Of a stretch of DNA of 64,000 nt, positions 14,760 to 27,409 are shown piece after piece. The DNA comes from Octopus sinensis (lineage: Eukaryota): assembly GCF_006345805.1 (NCBI RefSeq), contig NC_043019.1:7563360-7627359 (forward strand), in the 5' to 3' direction. The position numbers and the translations under genes are program-made. The notes beneath the pieces are model-generated. The model was not told the DNA's origin and did no database searches. It saw only the letters and a list, made by a program, of their open reading frames with translations. How positions within the stretch are numbered: the stretch's first letter is position 1; each line of letters begins with the position of its first letter.

Positions 14760-15230
14760 CACCTTCTCCAATGGCAGTGATCTACTCATACATCCTATTA
14801 CAGTAATTACTAATCCTTAATCCCAGAAGTTTTTTCTCCCGCCGAACGCAGATCTTCAACAGTGACAAAACTTCAACACAAAATCTAGCCATCTTGTTCC
14901 GAACCACAAAAAAAACTTCAGTCTCTAACAACATTCGGACCCTCTACAAACACCGCATGAGAACCTCAGCTGTGTACTGATCCCACATCTGGGACCGGTA
15001 GGCTGCACCACATGCAGACATCTTTGGCCTAATCCGAATAAAGGCCTACCAGATTAACACGGTGTCTGTAAATACTAAACGCCAACTTCTGGTCCAATGA
15101 CGTGATGCCTCCTCACTCTGCCTGTTCTACCGCAAATGCAGGGGCCACTGTTCTTCGGAGATGATTGGTCTCCTAACAGCTCCAGGCAATCGACAATTAA
15201 TACCTCAATTATTACTGATCATGATTAAAT
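14760..15230 (+). mobile_element. Decayed non-LTR retrotransposon ORF2 3' end (Jockey/CR1-like)
   Basis: Frameshifted translation gives LYK...(Y*SHIW)... and LCLFYRKCRGHCSSE, resembling the post-RT LYK..IRP.LEY.SHIW and LFYRYY.G.CS.E motifs. Confidence 0.6.
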
Positions 15231-15637
15231 GCTAATTCCATACAAGAAACCAAAGACAGAGGCTCTACGTCTTTGTTGGATCTACGACAAAAAGCAGAGA
15301 ATCTTATTCAAATCTCAATACATTGTCTTAGAAATCTATATCCGGAATATTGCGAAACCGGTTTTCCTATACATAGATAAAGATGACGAGGTGCTCACGC
15401 TCGGATTGGCAGTGTTCGAGATGAAAATGGAAGTATAGAGTAACAACTATGACACGAACAATCGTCACAAAAGACCAAGACATCCGCAACTACAACAAAC
15501 TGCATCACAACTATAAAGATGAATGGTCATCACAATCACCTTCACTGCAACCCATTACCACCACTACTACTACTTCTATTACCGCCACTACCGCGACCAC
15601 CACCACCCGCCACAAACAACAGCAACAAAACAAAAGA

Positions 15638-15916
15638 TTGTTTGCCAACATAACATGGCAGTCCTGGTTTAGGCCGAATGTTGCTGTAATTTAGCCCCAG
15701 GAGACATCATCTCCAGCTGGCTATACAACGCGGTCTGTGTCTATATTTTCGAACAAGGGAATCTAGCACCTCCACTCAGCTCAAAATAATATCCCTTGTT
15801 CGAAAATATAAGGACACAGATCGTGCCGTATTGCCAGCTGGAGATGATTTCTCCTGGCGCTAAATTACAGCAACATTCGTCCTCAACCAGGACTGCCATG
15901 TTATGTTGGCAAATAA
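15638..15916. mobile_element. Fold-back / MITE-like element
   Basis: Imperfect ~125-bp inverted arms (ttgtttgccaacataacatggcagtcctgg... / ...ccaggactgccatgttatgttggcaaataa) around a short spacer. Confidence 0.8.
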
Positions 15917-16024
15917 CCTTTACCCCAAAGTACTGTTGCTGAATATCTCTCATTGCGAGATTTTAAAATAGTAATTTTCTAACACAATGTTGGTTTCCAA
16001 TTTTGGCACACGGACAGCGATCTT

Positions 16025-16315
16025 GAGGAAGGGAGTAAGTCGATTACACCGACCCCAGTGTTCAAATGGTATTTATTTTATCAACCCCGAATGGATGAAG
16101 GTATATATATATATGTATTTATATGTAAAGATATAATATATATATATATATATATATATGGATTATATACATATGTATATGCATATGTATAAACACATAT
16201 CACACAATGGATGAAGAGCAAAGTCGACCCCGAAGGTATTTGAACTCAGAAAATAAAGCCGGAACAAATGCTGTTAGGCATTTTTTCCGGCATGCTAACG
16301 ACTCCGGCAGCTCAT
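16025..16315 (-). mobile_element. SINE family A interrupted by a microsatellite insert
   Basis: SINE halves at ~16025-16100 and 16206-16315; aatggatgaag duplicated on both sides of the insert. Confidence 0.75.
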
Positions 16316-17630
16316 CTTATAACAACACTATATGACCTACTGACGTTGATCACTCCCCGCCATAATAACTAGCAAGGACTACAACAACCAATAATACTAA
16401 CAATACTAATATTATCACTAACAACAACAACAACAGCAGCAGCAACATCAGGACCAAGAACTACGGTGAAAGATCCCACCTTCATCAGACAAAACTGCAG
16501 TCGCTAACACCTCCGCCACCTTCCAACACTAACAACTAAAATAACAACCACCATTGCCAACAGTACTACTACTTCTACTATTACTACTACTACTGCTACT
16601 GATGCTGACAGCGCCGTCATCGTCATCGCCACCATCATCATCATCATTATCACCGCTGCATATATTTTCACCTCATAAAGTAATATAACGACGACCTGTT
16701 CAACAATCAGTCTTAATTGACTTGGTGAGAAATTGTTCCAAACAAACGGCTGTTACTTAAAAGATGATGAGGAGGAGAAGATGGAGGGGGGCTTTAGATG
16801 GACTTCCATACACACACACATTTATAGAGACAATCACATACACATATATATGTGTGTATACAAATATATATGTATATTTATATGTAAATATATATATATA
16901 TATATATACAGGGATTATATACATATGTATATGTATAAACAGATATCACACAATTGACACTATTTCTGCAGTTCCTGTACTATGAACATATTACACCGTT
17001 CATTCGCATACGTGGTATATATATATATATACACACACATATATACCTATTAGTACGTATATATAAACAATATGCACTTCTATACACACGCAGAGATACG
17101 TGTATATACGCACCTGTATATCATTAAATCTATTTGTCTCTATCACTCACTGTATATATATATATATATATATGTGTGTGTATATATATATATATATACA
17201 TACACACGTTTTGATACATAGATATATGGATACACGTGTATGTGTATGTATCTATCTCCCGGTCTATCTATCTGTCCCACGTTTACCAAACTCAGCGCAT
17301 ATACCTACATATTGTCCTCTATTAATCTCCAAATCCGTGTATTTCTCGCCGATTTCGCACATGAACCCCTCTCGCCTCCTTCACAGCCCCTCTCTCTCTA
17401 TCTCTCTCACACACACACATCCATTAGCCCTATCTAAGAATCACGCATTTACATACATACATACATATGTGTATATATATATATATATATAGTGTAATAA
17501 ATAAAATATATGCATACATACAAACATATATGTACGTACCTACATCTACATGTATATATAGATGCATATATAAATGCATATATAAATATATATACGTGAG
17601 TACAGGACACCACAACTAGACGTAGAACTC

Positions 17631-17662
<32 letters not shown>

Positions 17663-17702
17663 AACATATATATACATTTACATTAGTCGTGCTCACTCTC
17701 TT

Positions 17703-17734
<32 letters not shown>

Positions 17735-17915
17735 CATCTCTTTCACTCCACTCTTCTCTCACCTTCATTAAATACATAGAAATCTCTGTATTAGCGTCAT
17801 GCACATCCACACAACCAGTCTCTCTCTCTCTCTCACACACACACACATTCGACCTTTCACATTTATTTACACGTTCTCTCACGCACTTGTACAAATATGC
17901 ATCTCACCATTTCTT

Positions 17916-17949
<34 letters not shown>

Positions 17950-18044
17950 TTCACACCTACAACACTCTTCAGCTCAACGATGTTCTCATTTTCTGTTGCA
18001 TACGTTTATCGAAAGCCATCATATACAAGTCTATACATAGGTCT

Positions 18045-18174
18045 CAGGAGTGGCTGTGAGTTCAGTCCCACTGCATGGCACCTTGGGCAAGTGTTCTCTA
18101 CTATAGCCACTGGCCAACCAAAGCCTTGTGAGTGGATTTGGTAGATGGAAACTGAAAGAAGCCCATCGTACGTT

Positions 18175-18245
<71 letters not shown>

Positions 18246-18432
18246 TTGTCTACCCTACATCGCTTGACAACAGATGCTGGTGTGTTTATGTCCCCGTAAC
18301 TTAGCGGCTCGGTAAAAGAGACTGATAGAATAAGTACTAGACTGACAAAGAATAAGTCCTAGGATCGATTTGCTCGACTAAAGGCAGTGCTCCAGCATGG
18401 CCTCAGTCAAATGACCGAAACGAGTAAAAGAG
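18045..18432 (+). mobile_element. SINE family B, full copy with head deletion
   Basis: Head, ccttgggcaagtg, internal (TA)(TG)n, 3' half ending aaacgagtaaaagagta. Confidence 0.85.
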
Positions 18433-18499
18433 TATACATATAGACATCTGTGCCTCATGCGTGTGTGTGTGTGCGTTTCTGAGTGTGTGTGTGTGTACG

Positions 18500-18690
18500 T
18501 GTGCCTATGTCTGTCGCCTACCATCGCTTGACAACTGGTGTTGGTTTGTTTTCTTTCCTACAACCTCGCTGAAACTGATTGCATGAACACCCGGCTTCAA
18601 AACAAAAGTGGCTGGGTCAATCTGTTCGACTAAAATCCTTCAAAGCGGTGCCCTTGCATGGCCGCAGTCTAACAGTTGAAACACTTAAAG
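18500..18690 (+). mobile_element. SINE family B 3' half, diverged
   Basis: ccatcgcttgacaactggtg...ttcgactaaaatccttcaaagcggtgccc...catggccgcagtc. Confidence 0.65.
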
Positions 18691-19294
18691 GATAGAAGAC
18701 ATTAACGCTAATGAAAATGTTTCTGCTATTAGAAGGCACCAAGGACACAAAACACGAAATTTTGTTTGGACTTAACATAATAATAACGGATTTTCAAAAC
18801 GTTTATATCCATGGTAACAACTTCAGATGTTTCCTATTTTTTATATTTGTGGCTTTTTAGTTCCTCATATTAGGAATGGTTCCGTGGTTAAGAGGCTTGC
18901 CATTGTGACAAGCAGTATCAACACTACCACCACCACCAAAACAACTACCACCTAATCATCGACCACAATCATCGCAGCCACAACCACAACTACTACCACA
19001 TCCATCATAACTACCACAAAAACTACCATTTCCACAACTACCACCAGCACAATCACCAGAAATATAACCACCATCACCACAACAACACCACCATCACTAC
19101 AAGTATACCACCACCGAAACAACCACATACTCCTACCACCACCACCACCACAATCATCTGAACAATAACTACCATTACCACAACCATCATAACAACAACA
19201 ACCACCATACCACCACAACACACCCATCACAACCCCCATTACAACAAAGACGGCCTCATGATTTCACTTATAAACGAATCGAAATAACTGAAAT

Positions 19295-19455
19295 GTGGTT
19301 TCGATTCCTGGCCCAGGCAACGCGTTTTCTTGAGCACGCACTACGTTTCGCGTTGATCCATTTCGCTCGATTAGCAAAAACGAGTAACCCAGTGAAGGGC
19401 AGGCGTCCCCTCTAGGTGGGTCATATTTACGCCATGGGAACCGGCCCTAATAAGT
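19295..19455 (+). mobile_element. Diverged tRNA-derived SINE (further family)
   Basis: B-box-like gtttcgattcc; ttcttgagca; ggcgtcccctctagg...gccatgggaaccgg. Confidence 0.45.
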
Positions 19456-20672
19456 CGGTACGACTCGGGAAGGAACGTTTGTTTTTTTACTATTTGTCTT
19501 CACTAATCGTCTACACGTTGCTCTCAATAACTTGTGCAATTCTCTATAGAGAGTTCTTCACGAATTCGATTTGGTATTTCATTTCACTTGTTCGTGTCTT
19601 CTGTGTAGACAGTTCGAGGAATCACAGAGATGGTAATTCTGTGTAGACTTCAAGACACCGATTCTTGCGAACGCGCTGGAATTATTGACATTTCTTTTGC
19701 CAACATAGCAGAAAGGAACAATGGGACTGAATGGGAATTTTGTTTACATATATAATTGAATAACAGAGAATTCTCATTCGGGGAGAGTGAGAGAGGAGGA
19801 GAGAGACACAGACAGGGAGAAAGAAGGGGGGAGAGGGAGAGAGGAGAGGAGGCGAGAGAGACAGAGAGGAGGAGAAAGACAGAGAGGGAGAAAGAGAAAG
19901 ACAAGGGGAAAGACAGAAGAGAGGGTGTAATGATAGAGAGAAAAATACAAGTTTTTTCTCCACACTACCCCCTCCAAACGCACACACACACACACACAGA
20001 TATATTCACGAAAATACAAAAGAATCCAATGACAGGAAAGAGAGCCTGGGTTTACCAATCCGACAGAACATACGTATGGATATATATAAGGAGCATTAGT
20101 TATAAAAGAAACATTGATTTTGGGTCAACGACTTTACATACACCCCCACCCCGCAAATATTTAATCATATATATAAAAAAATAACACCATGATCTACAAA
20201 CATGAAAAAAGAATACGAATCAAATCACAGAATGTAAAAATATATTTATCCAAATAAAATACAAATAGAACGGTTTATTAAAAGTTACATACAACGACTA
20301 AAGGTTCAAAACTACCAAAAGCCTCAAAGACAAATATAAAATAAAGATAAAATAAAATAAATGTCCACCGACTCAAACTATTTTATCTGACGATTAAAAT
20401 ATTTTTTAAAATTATTAATTTTTTAATTATTTAAAATCTTTTTTTAATTATTTATAATCTTTTTTTAATTATTTAAAATCTTTTTTTAATTTTAAAATAA
20501 TATTTGAAAGTCTTTTACTTACCTCACACAGGTACATCCAAGTTTCATAAGTAAACAGGATTCCACAGGTCAAATTCACGTACATCTTGAAAAAAGTCTT
20601 GTACTTCCTCCACACAAGTACCTTTGAAGTTCACAATAAACAGATATCACCGATGAAATTAAACAATCACAA

Positions 20673-20757
20673 ATGTCTATGGCCATTTCGGGAGCTCACC
20701 ACCGCAGTTCATTTACACTAAAGTGTATAATGGCAACAACCCCCGCCTCATCAACAT
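20673..20757 (-). ncRNA. Degenerate minimal type I hammerhead
   Basis: Minus strand: atg-UUGAUGA-G...CUCCC-GAAA-UGGCCA-UA-GACAU; palindromic stem III, damaged core and stem I. Confidence 0.5.
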
Positions 20758-20986
20758 AAATATGAAGCATGCACAGATCAACTTTTATGAAAAGCTTACA
20801 CCCGTTAATGAAAAGCTTATATAATTTAAGAAGAACCTATCAGCGGACGAGTCCAAATTTCTTATAGGAAAAAAATACAAAAAACAATTGTTAAACACTC
20901 TGGAGGCTGTAGTTAACAGAAATTCAACGTCGCCGGTTTCAAATCCCTGTAACGCTAAAACAATTTTATTACATCTACTTTTATTT

Positions 20987-21400
20987 CTATACACTTCCAA
21001 AAACAGTGGACGCAAACCTATGATTGCAAAAAGGGATCACCTCAGTAAATCTATTCAAAGTTTTTGGCCCAAAAAACTTAAAGATTGCAAGGGATTCCTT
21101 TACACACAACTTAGACTTATTTATATTTACTCTGAAGTAAGGGGTTCTCGAAATAATGGACCATTCCAGTGAATAACTGTTATTACTTTTTTTTAGATCG
21201 TGTAAATAAGATGGTAGTGTGGTAGAGCTGCAGTATTTTTCGTTTGAGAACCAGCTCATGTGGGCCACATACCTAGCCTTAAAATTTAATGTACTGCTTC
21301 TATAAAACTTATTTAAATCATCCTTATCCTTAACAACGCATTTATACACTGCATAGGTAATTAGACAGAACCCGTCAAGGGAACATAATCGAGGGTTTCT
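20987..21400 (-). pseudogene. PLE GIY-YIG endonuclease, decayed
   Basis: Translation SNCRNPRLCSLDGFCLITYAVYKCVV..KFYRSSTTLNFKARYVAH..F....STTLPSYLHDLK....LEWSII...KLCVKES resembles the PLE pattern CNCR...CPL.G.C...VYK.....YIG.T..FK.R...H; the catalytic region is degenerate. Confidence 0.85.
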
Positions 21401-21730
21401 ACAATTAGATGATTTCCCAGGGCCATCCCTAACCGTATTTCTACCACTAACAGTACTTGTCAGGTTCTCCCATATTCACTCCTTCACATCTCTCAATACT
21501 GGGGTTCGATACCCCAGGTGGAGGCAACATGTTGGCATCTCTTAACTACCCATTTATGATTTGAGAACTTCTTTTGCAGTCGTATAAATCCTTTATTTCT
21601 ATAATAAGAAGCAAATATCATTCTTGTAGTATATATATATATATATATATATATACATACATGCGATATATGAATAGCATAGACATACACACATTTATGA
21701 CTGTGTGCGCGTATGTTTGTGTGTATGTAT

Positions 21731-21794
<64 letters not shown>

Positions 21795-21834
21795 CTATGT
21801 ATATATATATATATATATGATGTACATAGAAGGC

Positions 21835-21995
21835 CTCAAATTTGTGGGACTAGTCGATTATATCGACCCCAGTGTTTCACTTGTAGATAATTTTTCGATA
21901 CTGAAAAGATCAAAGGCAAAGTCGCCATCGGTGGAATTTGAACTCAAAATGTAAAGCTGGATGAAAGGATGGTAAGCATTTCTGCCAGCTCACCA
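21835..21995 (-). mobile_element. SINE family A
   Basis: tcgaccccagtg...aaaggcaaagtcgcc...gaatttgaactc...ttctgccagctcacc. Confidence 0.75.
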
Positions 21996-22002
21996 CATTA
22001 TT

Positions 22003-22005
<3 letters not shown>

Positions 22006-22082
<77 letters not shown>

Positions 22083-22089
22083 TAATGCC

Positions 22090-22139
<50 letters not shown>

Positions 22140-22235
22140 TGACAATAATAATAATAATAACAATAACAGCAACAACAACAATAATAATGATAATAGTAAT
22201 AATAATAATAACGATGATGATCATGATGATCATGC
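22006..22235. repeat. (AAT)n microsatellite
   Basis: Direct inspection. Confidence 0.95.
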
Positions 22236-22408
22236 AATATGTTACATATGTCTGTCACCTTTTAATAATAATATTTTCCAATATGCCACTATCGTGTCAT
22301 TCGTTCATTGGCTAAACAAAGAAAATAAAAGAAATGAAGAATAAAAATATAAACAAATAGCTAAATAATTACATATAAATATATATGTGTGTGTGTCTGT
22401 GTGTATAC

Positions 22409-22452
<44 letters not shown>

Positions 22453-22756
22453 GCGTTTGCATGTGTATGTATATATATATGTATGCGTGTGCGTGTGTGT
22501 GCATATATGTGTGTATATATATATGGATATATATATACATATTTACATATATAAATGTACATAAATATACATACTATATCTATCTATAACTGTACAAATA
22601 TATTTGTATATGTATATTATACGTATATATATGTTTGTGTGTGTGTGTGTACATATATGTGAATATATATATGTATATATACATGCATAAATATATATAT
22701 AATATATATATAATATATATATATATTATATATATATATATATATATAATATATAT

Positions 22757-22833
<77 letters not shown>

Positions 22834-24743
22834 GTAATTAAAAAGAGATTCTGCTTGAATGAAATAGAAACTGTCTTAATTATGAACTGGCAACTGGCCG
22901 AAAATTACTTGACCTCTGTATGCCATTCAACGTGTTGCGGGTCAACAGGAAGTCAAGATGCAATACTGGAAGATAATATCCACAACTGACTCGAGTGACA
23001 CATACGTTAGCCATTTTAATCGTATTTGTCAACGAAAATCGCAACGGAATGAATGCATCATCTGTGTTTGTGTATGCACGTATGAATGTATACAGATACA
23101 TACACACGCACGCACACATACAAACACACACACAGATACACATGCACAAACACACACATATATGTAGGTATAAACATGCAAACACGCATATGCAAACACA
23201 CAAACACAATATATATATACATATATATATACATAATAATAATAATGTTCGTCCTTCGGGTTCGAAGATGACCATTGACATACATACATACATACATAAA
23301 TGCATACATACATACATACATACATACATACATACATACATACAATCATCCTTTTCCGTATCGCGGTTCGCCTATCGCGGTTTATTATCTAAGCTTCCGT
23401 CGGTTCCTCCGTGGTGTTGTTTTTCAGTTAACGCAGAATGAATATACAAATTATAAAAATGATAATAATAGTAGTAAATATACGCTGAAGGGATATCATG
23501 GGGACATACCACAAAACGATGGCCGGTTCAGGCAAATAAATGCAACCATCATGGCGGTTGTCCTCATCCGGTTGTCACTTCCTTACCCAGAGACATCCAC
23601 TCGGTTCGCGGTGGTCCCTTTCACTCGTCTTGCAACAAAATTTACGAAATATAGCATCTCCCTTTCAAAGTCAAGCTGATGGGAGTCATTAGGAGGTTGA
23701 CAGAATACGAAAATACCTGTTTTTAGTTTTTTTAATAGCATTCACCACATAACCTCTTTCTCCATAAAAGGTTATGTGGTGACAATTAAAATATTCCTGT
23801 AGTTCACGGCCAAAAGAATGTGGTATGACAATTGCACGATAAACTTGGCCGACAGCCGCTTCTGTAGCCACGGCAATGCGAGCTGAGCCCTTCACACAGT
23901 TGAATATTAGCAGTTGAAGGGAATAGCATGCGCTCTGATCTGGTCAGACAAAACCTGGATCCAGGCATGACAGCCACGCAGTAATATGTATACAAGAGAC
24001 ACATTATACATCTCCATTAAACTTCCCCGATTTTTGAGAGAAAGATAGGACTTCTTTGTAACTCCCTCTCTGGTTGAGAATAGCTGCCCTTCGCGTAACT
24101 CTACCAGTTGAACTGAAAATCCGGACCGAAACACGCTACAAGCACCTTAACCGTTCTGTTATTCCCGCTTTCTTCGAAACTGTCTGCTGACATCGACTTA
24201 AAATTACAAATGCCTTACTTGCAAGCTTGCCCACTCGTTCACATGAAATTTTAGTTCTTTTGACGCATCGTATTTCTTTAGAAATGATGATGATGATGAT
24301 GATGTTGGTGACAACAACGACGACGATGTGATGACGATGATGTTGATTATGGTGATGATGATGGTGGTGGTGGTGGTGGTAGTGGTGGTGCTGGTTCCTG
24401 TGCTGATGACGATGATGATGAGGACAAGGAGGAGGAGAAGGGAATAATGATGATTAAATGGTGATGATGTCGACGATGACGACGATGATGATGTAGACGA
24501 CTGTGTGATGATGATGATATAATTGCTGTGGCTGTCGCTGCAGTATATTTCGTTGTTTATCGCCAAGTTATCATTAAAATACCGGAGCTTTACCATCAAA
24601 GCCATTCCTACCGTGGCCTCTCAACCTGTTATCTTGAGCCACATCATTCAACTTACGCGTCGCGTTTTTTTCTTTTACAGAGATAAAATTTTCGTTGTTA
24701 TTTCTAGGAAGCTGGGAGATCTTACTATACTGTAACGGCTACT

Positions 24744-24850
24744 CTTCTTCTTCTTCTTCTTCTTCTTCTTCTTCTTCTTCTTCTTCTTCTTCTTCTTCTT
24801 CTTCTTCTTCTTCTTCTTCTTCTTCTTCTTCTTCTTCTTCTTCTTCTTCT
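24744..24850. repeat. Pure (CTT)n tract, about 35 units
   Basis: Direct inspection. Confidence 0.95.
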
Positions 24851-25561
24851 CCTTCTTCTCCTCCTTCTCCTTCTTCTTCTTCGTCGTCGTCGTCATCTTC
24901 TGCTTCTTCTTCATTCTTTTCATCTTTTTTCCTTCTCTTTGTCTCTTGCATCTGCTATTCTTTTTGCCGTCACAAAAACTGCAACGGTATCACTATGACA
25001 GGACGTTTAAGTGTGGTTCTCTCCTGCTTGCTCTTCGTCTCAATATGGCAACCACTCTAGTGTTTAATGGAACGCATATACACACGCATACACACACATA
25101 CATACACACACACACACACACCTGGAGCTATGGTTCCAGGTGTGTGTCAGTGTGTCAGTACCTTTATTAACAAGAACGCACTGAAGCTGAACAGGAAGAA
25201 AAAGATAGAGAGAAGCGGTGAAGTAACGAATAAAGGACTAAAAATAATAACCATGTCGAAGAATGAGAATAAAGAAGAAAGAGTGGAGAAAAAGAAGAAG
25301 AAAAAAAGACAAGAATAACATAAAAACAAAAAGAAAGCATCGCCGAAATACGAACTAAAATGGTGCAAGAATGATAATTATAGAAATGCCAATAACATAT
25401 GTTTTAAAAACGAGGCTTGCTGTGGCATTTACATTTTCATCTTCTGGGTGAATGATCGTCTCATTTGCAGGATTCTTGAAACTAATTAGCTCTTGAAATT
25501 TCCTGGAAATTTCCCAACAACCATTCTGAGTAATTCTTTTATTCTTTCATTCTTTCATTCG

Positions 25562-25813
25562 TTAACTTGTTTCAGTCATTTGACTGCGGTCATGCTGGGG
25601 CACAGCCTGGAGGAGATTTTCTTCGAACAAATCGACCTCCGTTACAGATTGTTCTTATTATTAATCCTGCTACTTACTCCATCGGTCTCAATTTCTACCA
25701 AACCGCTAAGTTACGTGGTGGTGGTGTGGGGGCGTAAACACAACAACACCAGTTAGAAATTGGTGGCACAAAGATACACACACACACTCACACACACATG
25801 TATACATACATAC

Positions 25814-25856
<43 letters not shown>

Positions 25857-26194
25857 ATAATAAAGGTTAAAATAAATTAATTAATTAGTAATTAGTAATT
25901 TTACAAGTAGTTCGGTATGTTTAAAAGAACCATTATCGGTAAACTTATACAGAAATGTTATAATTATGAGTATAATCATAATTAGGGTTCCGCAAAAATT
26001 TGCTTCCCCACATATCGAAATTTAGAAATAGTAGTTAAAACTAACTATTTCACTACCATAAGAAAATCTCCCAGACGGCAATACTCAAGAACTCACGCAG
26101 GTAAAGAGAAAATTATAACGAATTCACCCGGCTTTGTGGGGAAGCAAATTTTTGCTGAAACCTAATTATAATTATACTCATAATTATAGAATTT

Positions 26195-26250
<56 letters not shown>

Positions 26251-26405
26251 TATATATATATGGCGGGCTTCTTTCTGTTTCCCTTACCGAATCTACTTTC
26301 ATGGTTATATTTGAATACAGATGCCCAAAGTGCCTCACAGTAAGACTGAACCCAGAACCCTGTGGTTAGGAAGCAACATTGATACAAACACAGCCATACC
26401 TGGAC
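25562..26405 (-). mobile_element. SINE family B split by nested inserts
   Basis: 3' half at ~25562-25780, head at ~26255-26405; inserts sit in the internal microsatellite. Confidence 0.75.
25959..26188. mobile_element. Fold-back element with 54-bp arms, related to the 45.3-kb element
   Basis: Arms 25959-26012 and 26135-26188; shares taatt..gggttc.gcaa...tttagaaatag with 45281-45340. Confidence 0.8.
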
Positions 26406-27030
26406 GTCTGCGCCTGAGGGTATTTATTGTATCATATATGTGTGTATATATGTATATATGTATGCGTGTAAGTATGCATGTAGGTGTGTGCGTGTATGTA
26501 TGTATGTATGTATGTATGTACGTATGTATGTGTGTATGTATGTATGTGTGTACGTATGTATGTATGTATAAATGTATGTATATATGTATGTATATATGTA
26601 CGTATGTATATATGTATGTATACATATATATATATGTATACATGTATTTATATATGTGTATGTACGTATATATGTATTTATGTATGTATTATGTGTGTAT
26701 GTATGTATTATGTGTGTATGTAAATATTATATAGGTGTAGATGTGGTGGTGTAGTTAAAACGTTTACTTTGCAGCCACGTGTTTTCGGGTTCTAATTGAA
26801 TCCATTTTTGCTGGACACGTTGAATGTCTTTTTCTTGGTTCGACTAATGCCCTTTGAGCGCATTTTGGTTGATGGATAAATCTGATATGAGGCTGTGGTC
26901 GCTAGGCCTGACACAACATATAAAGTGAATAACATGAGTGATATCCCGGTTACAGTGGAGAAGGGAAACCGGTGGATTTGGTCAAAAGACAGTGAATTTT
27001 CAACGGCTAGAAAGATATAGAGTGACCAGT

Positions 27031-27409
27031 GGAGGCGCAATGGCCCAGTGGTTAGGGCAGCGGGCTCGTGGTCGTAGGATCGCGGTTTCGATTCCCAGAC
27101 CGGGCGTTGTGAGTGTTTATTGAGCGAAAACACCTAAAGCTCCACGAGGCTCCGGCAGGGGATGGTGGTGATCCCTGCTGTACTCTTTCACCACAACTTT
27201 CTCTCACTCTTACTTCCTGTTTCTGTTGTACCTGTATTTCAAGGGGCCGGCCTTGTCACTCTCTGTGTCACGCTGAATATCCCCGAGAACTACGTTAAGG
27301 GTACACGTGTCTGTGGAGTGCTCAGCCACTTACACGTTAATTTCACGTTAATCCGTTAATCGGATCAACCGGAACCCTCGTCGTCGGAACCGACGGAGTG
27401 CTTCCATCC
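27031..27409 (+). mobile_element. SINE family C, full length, 14-bp TSD
   Basis: TSD atagagtgaccagt at 27017-27030 and 27410-27423; A and B boxes present. Confidence 0.95.

Larger units (their letters stand above)
20340..21570 (-). mobile_element. Penelope-like element 3' portion (endonuclease plus pLTR)
   Basis: GIY-YIG remnant followed on the same strand by a hammerhead remnant and an AT-rich tail. Confidence 0.8.

Noticed and set aside
26792-27133. 113-aa minus-strand ORF
   Set aside because: It begins inside the SINE; with the SINE removed a TAG closes the frame.
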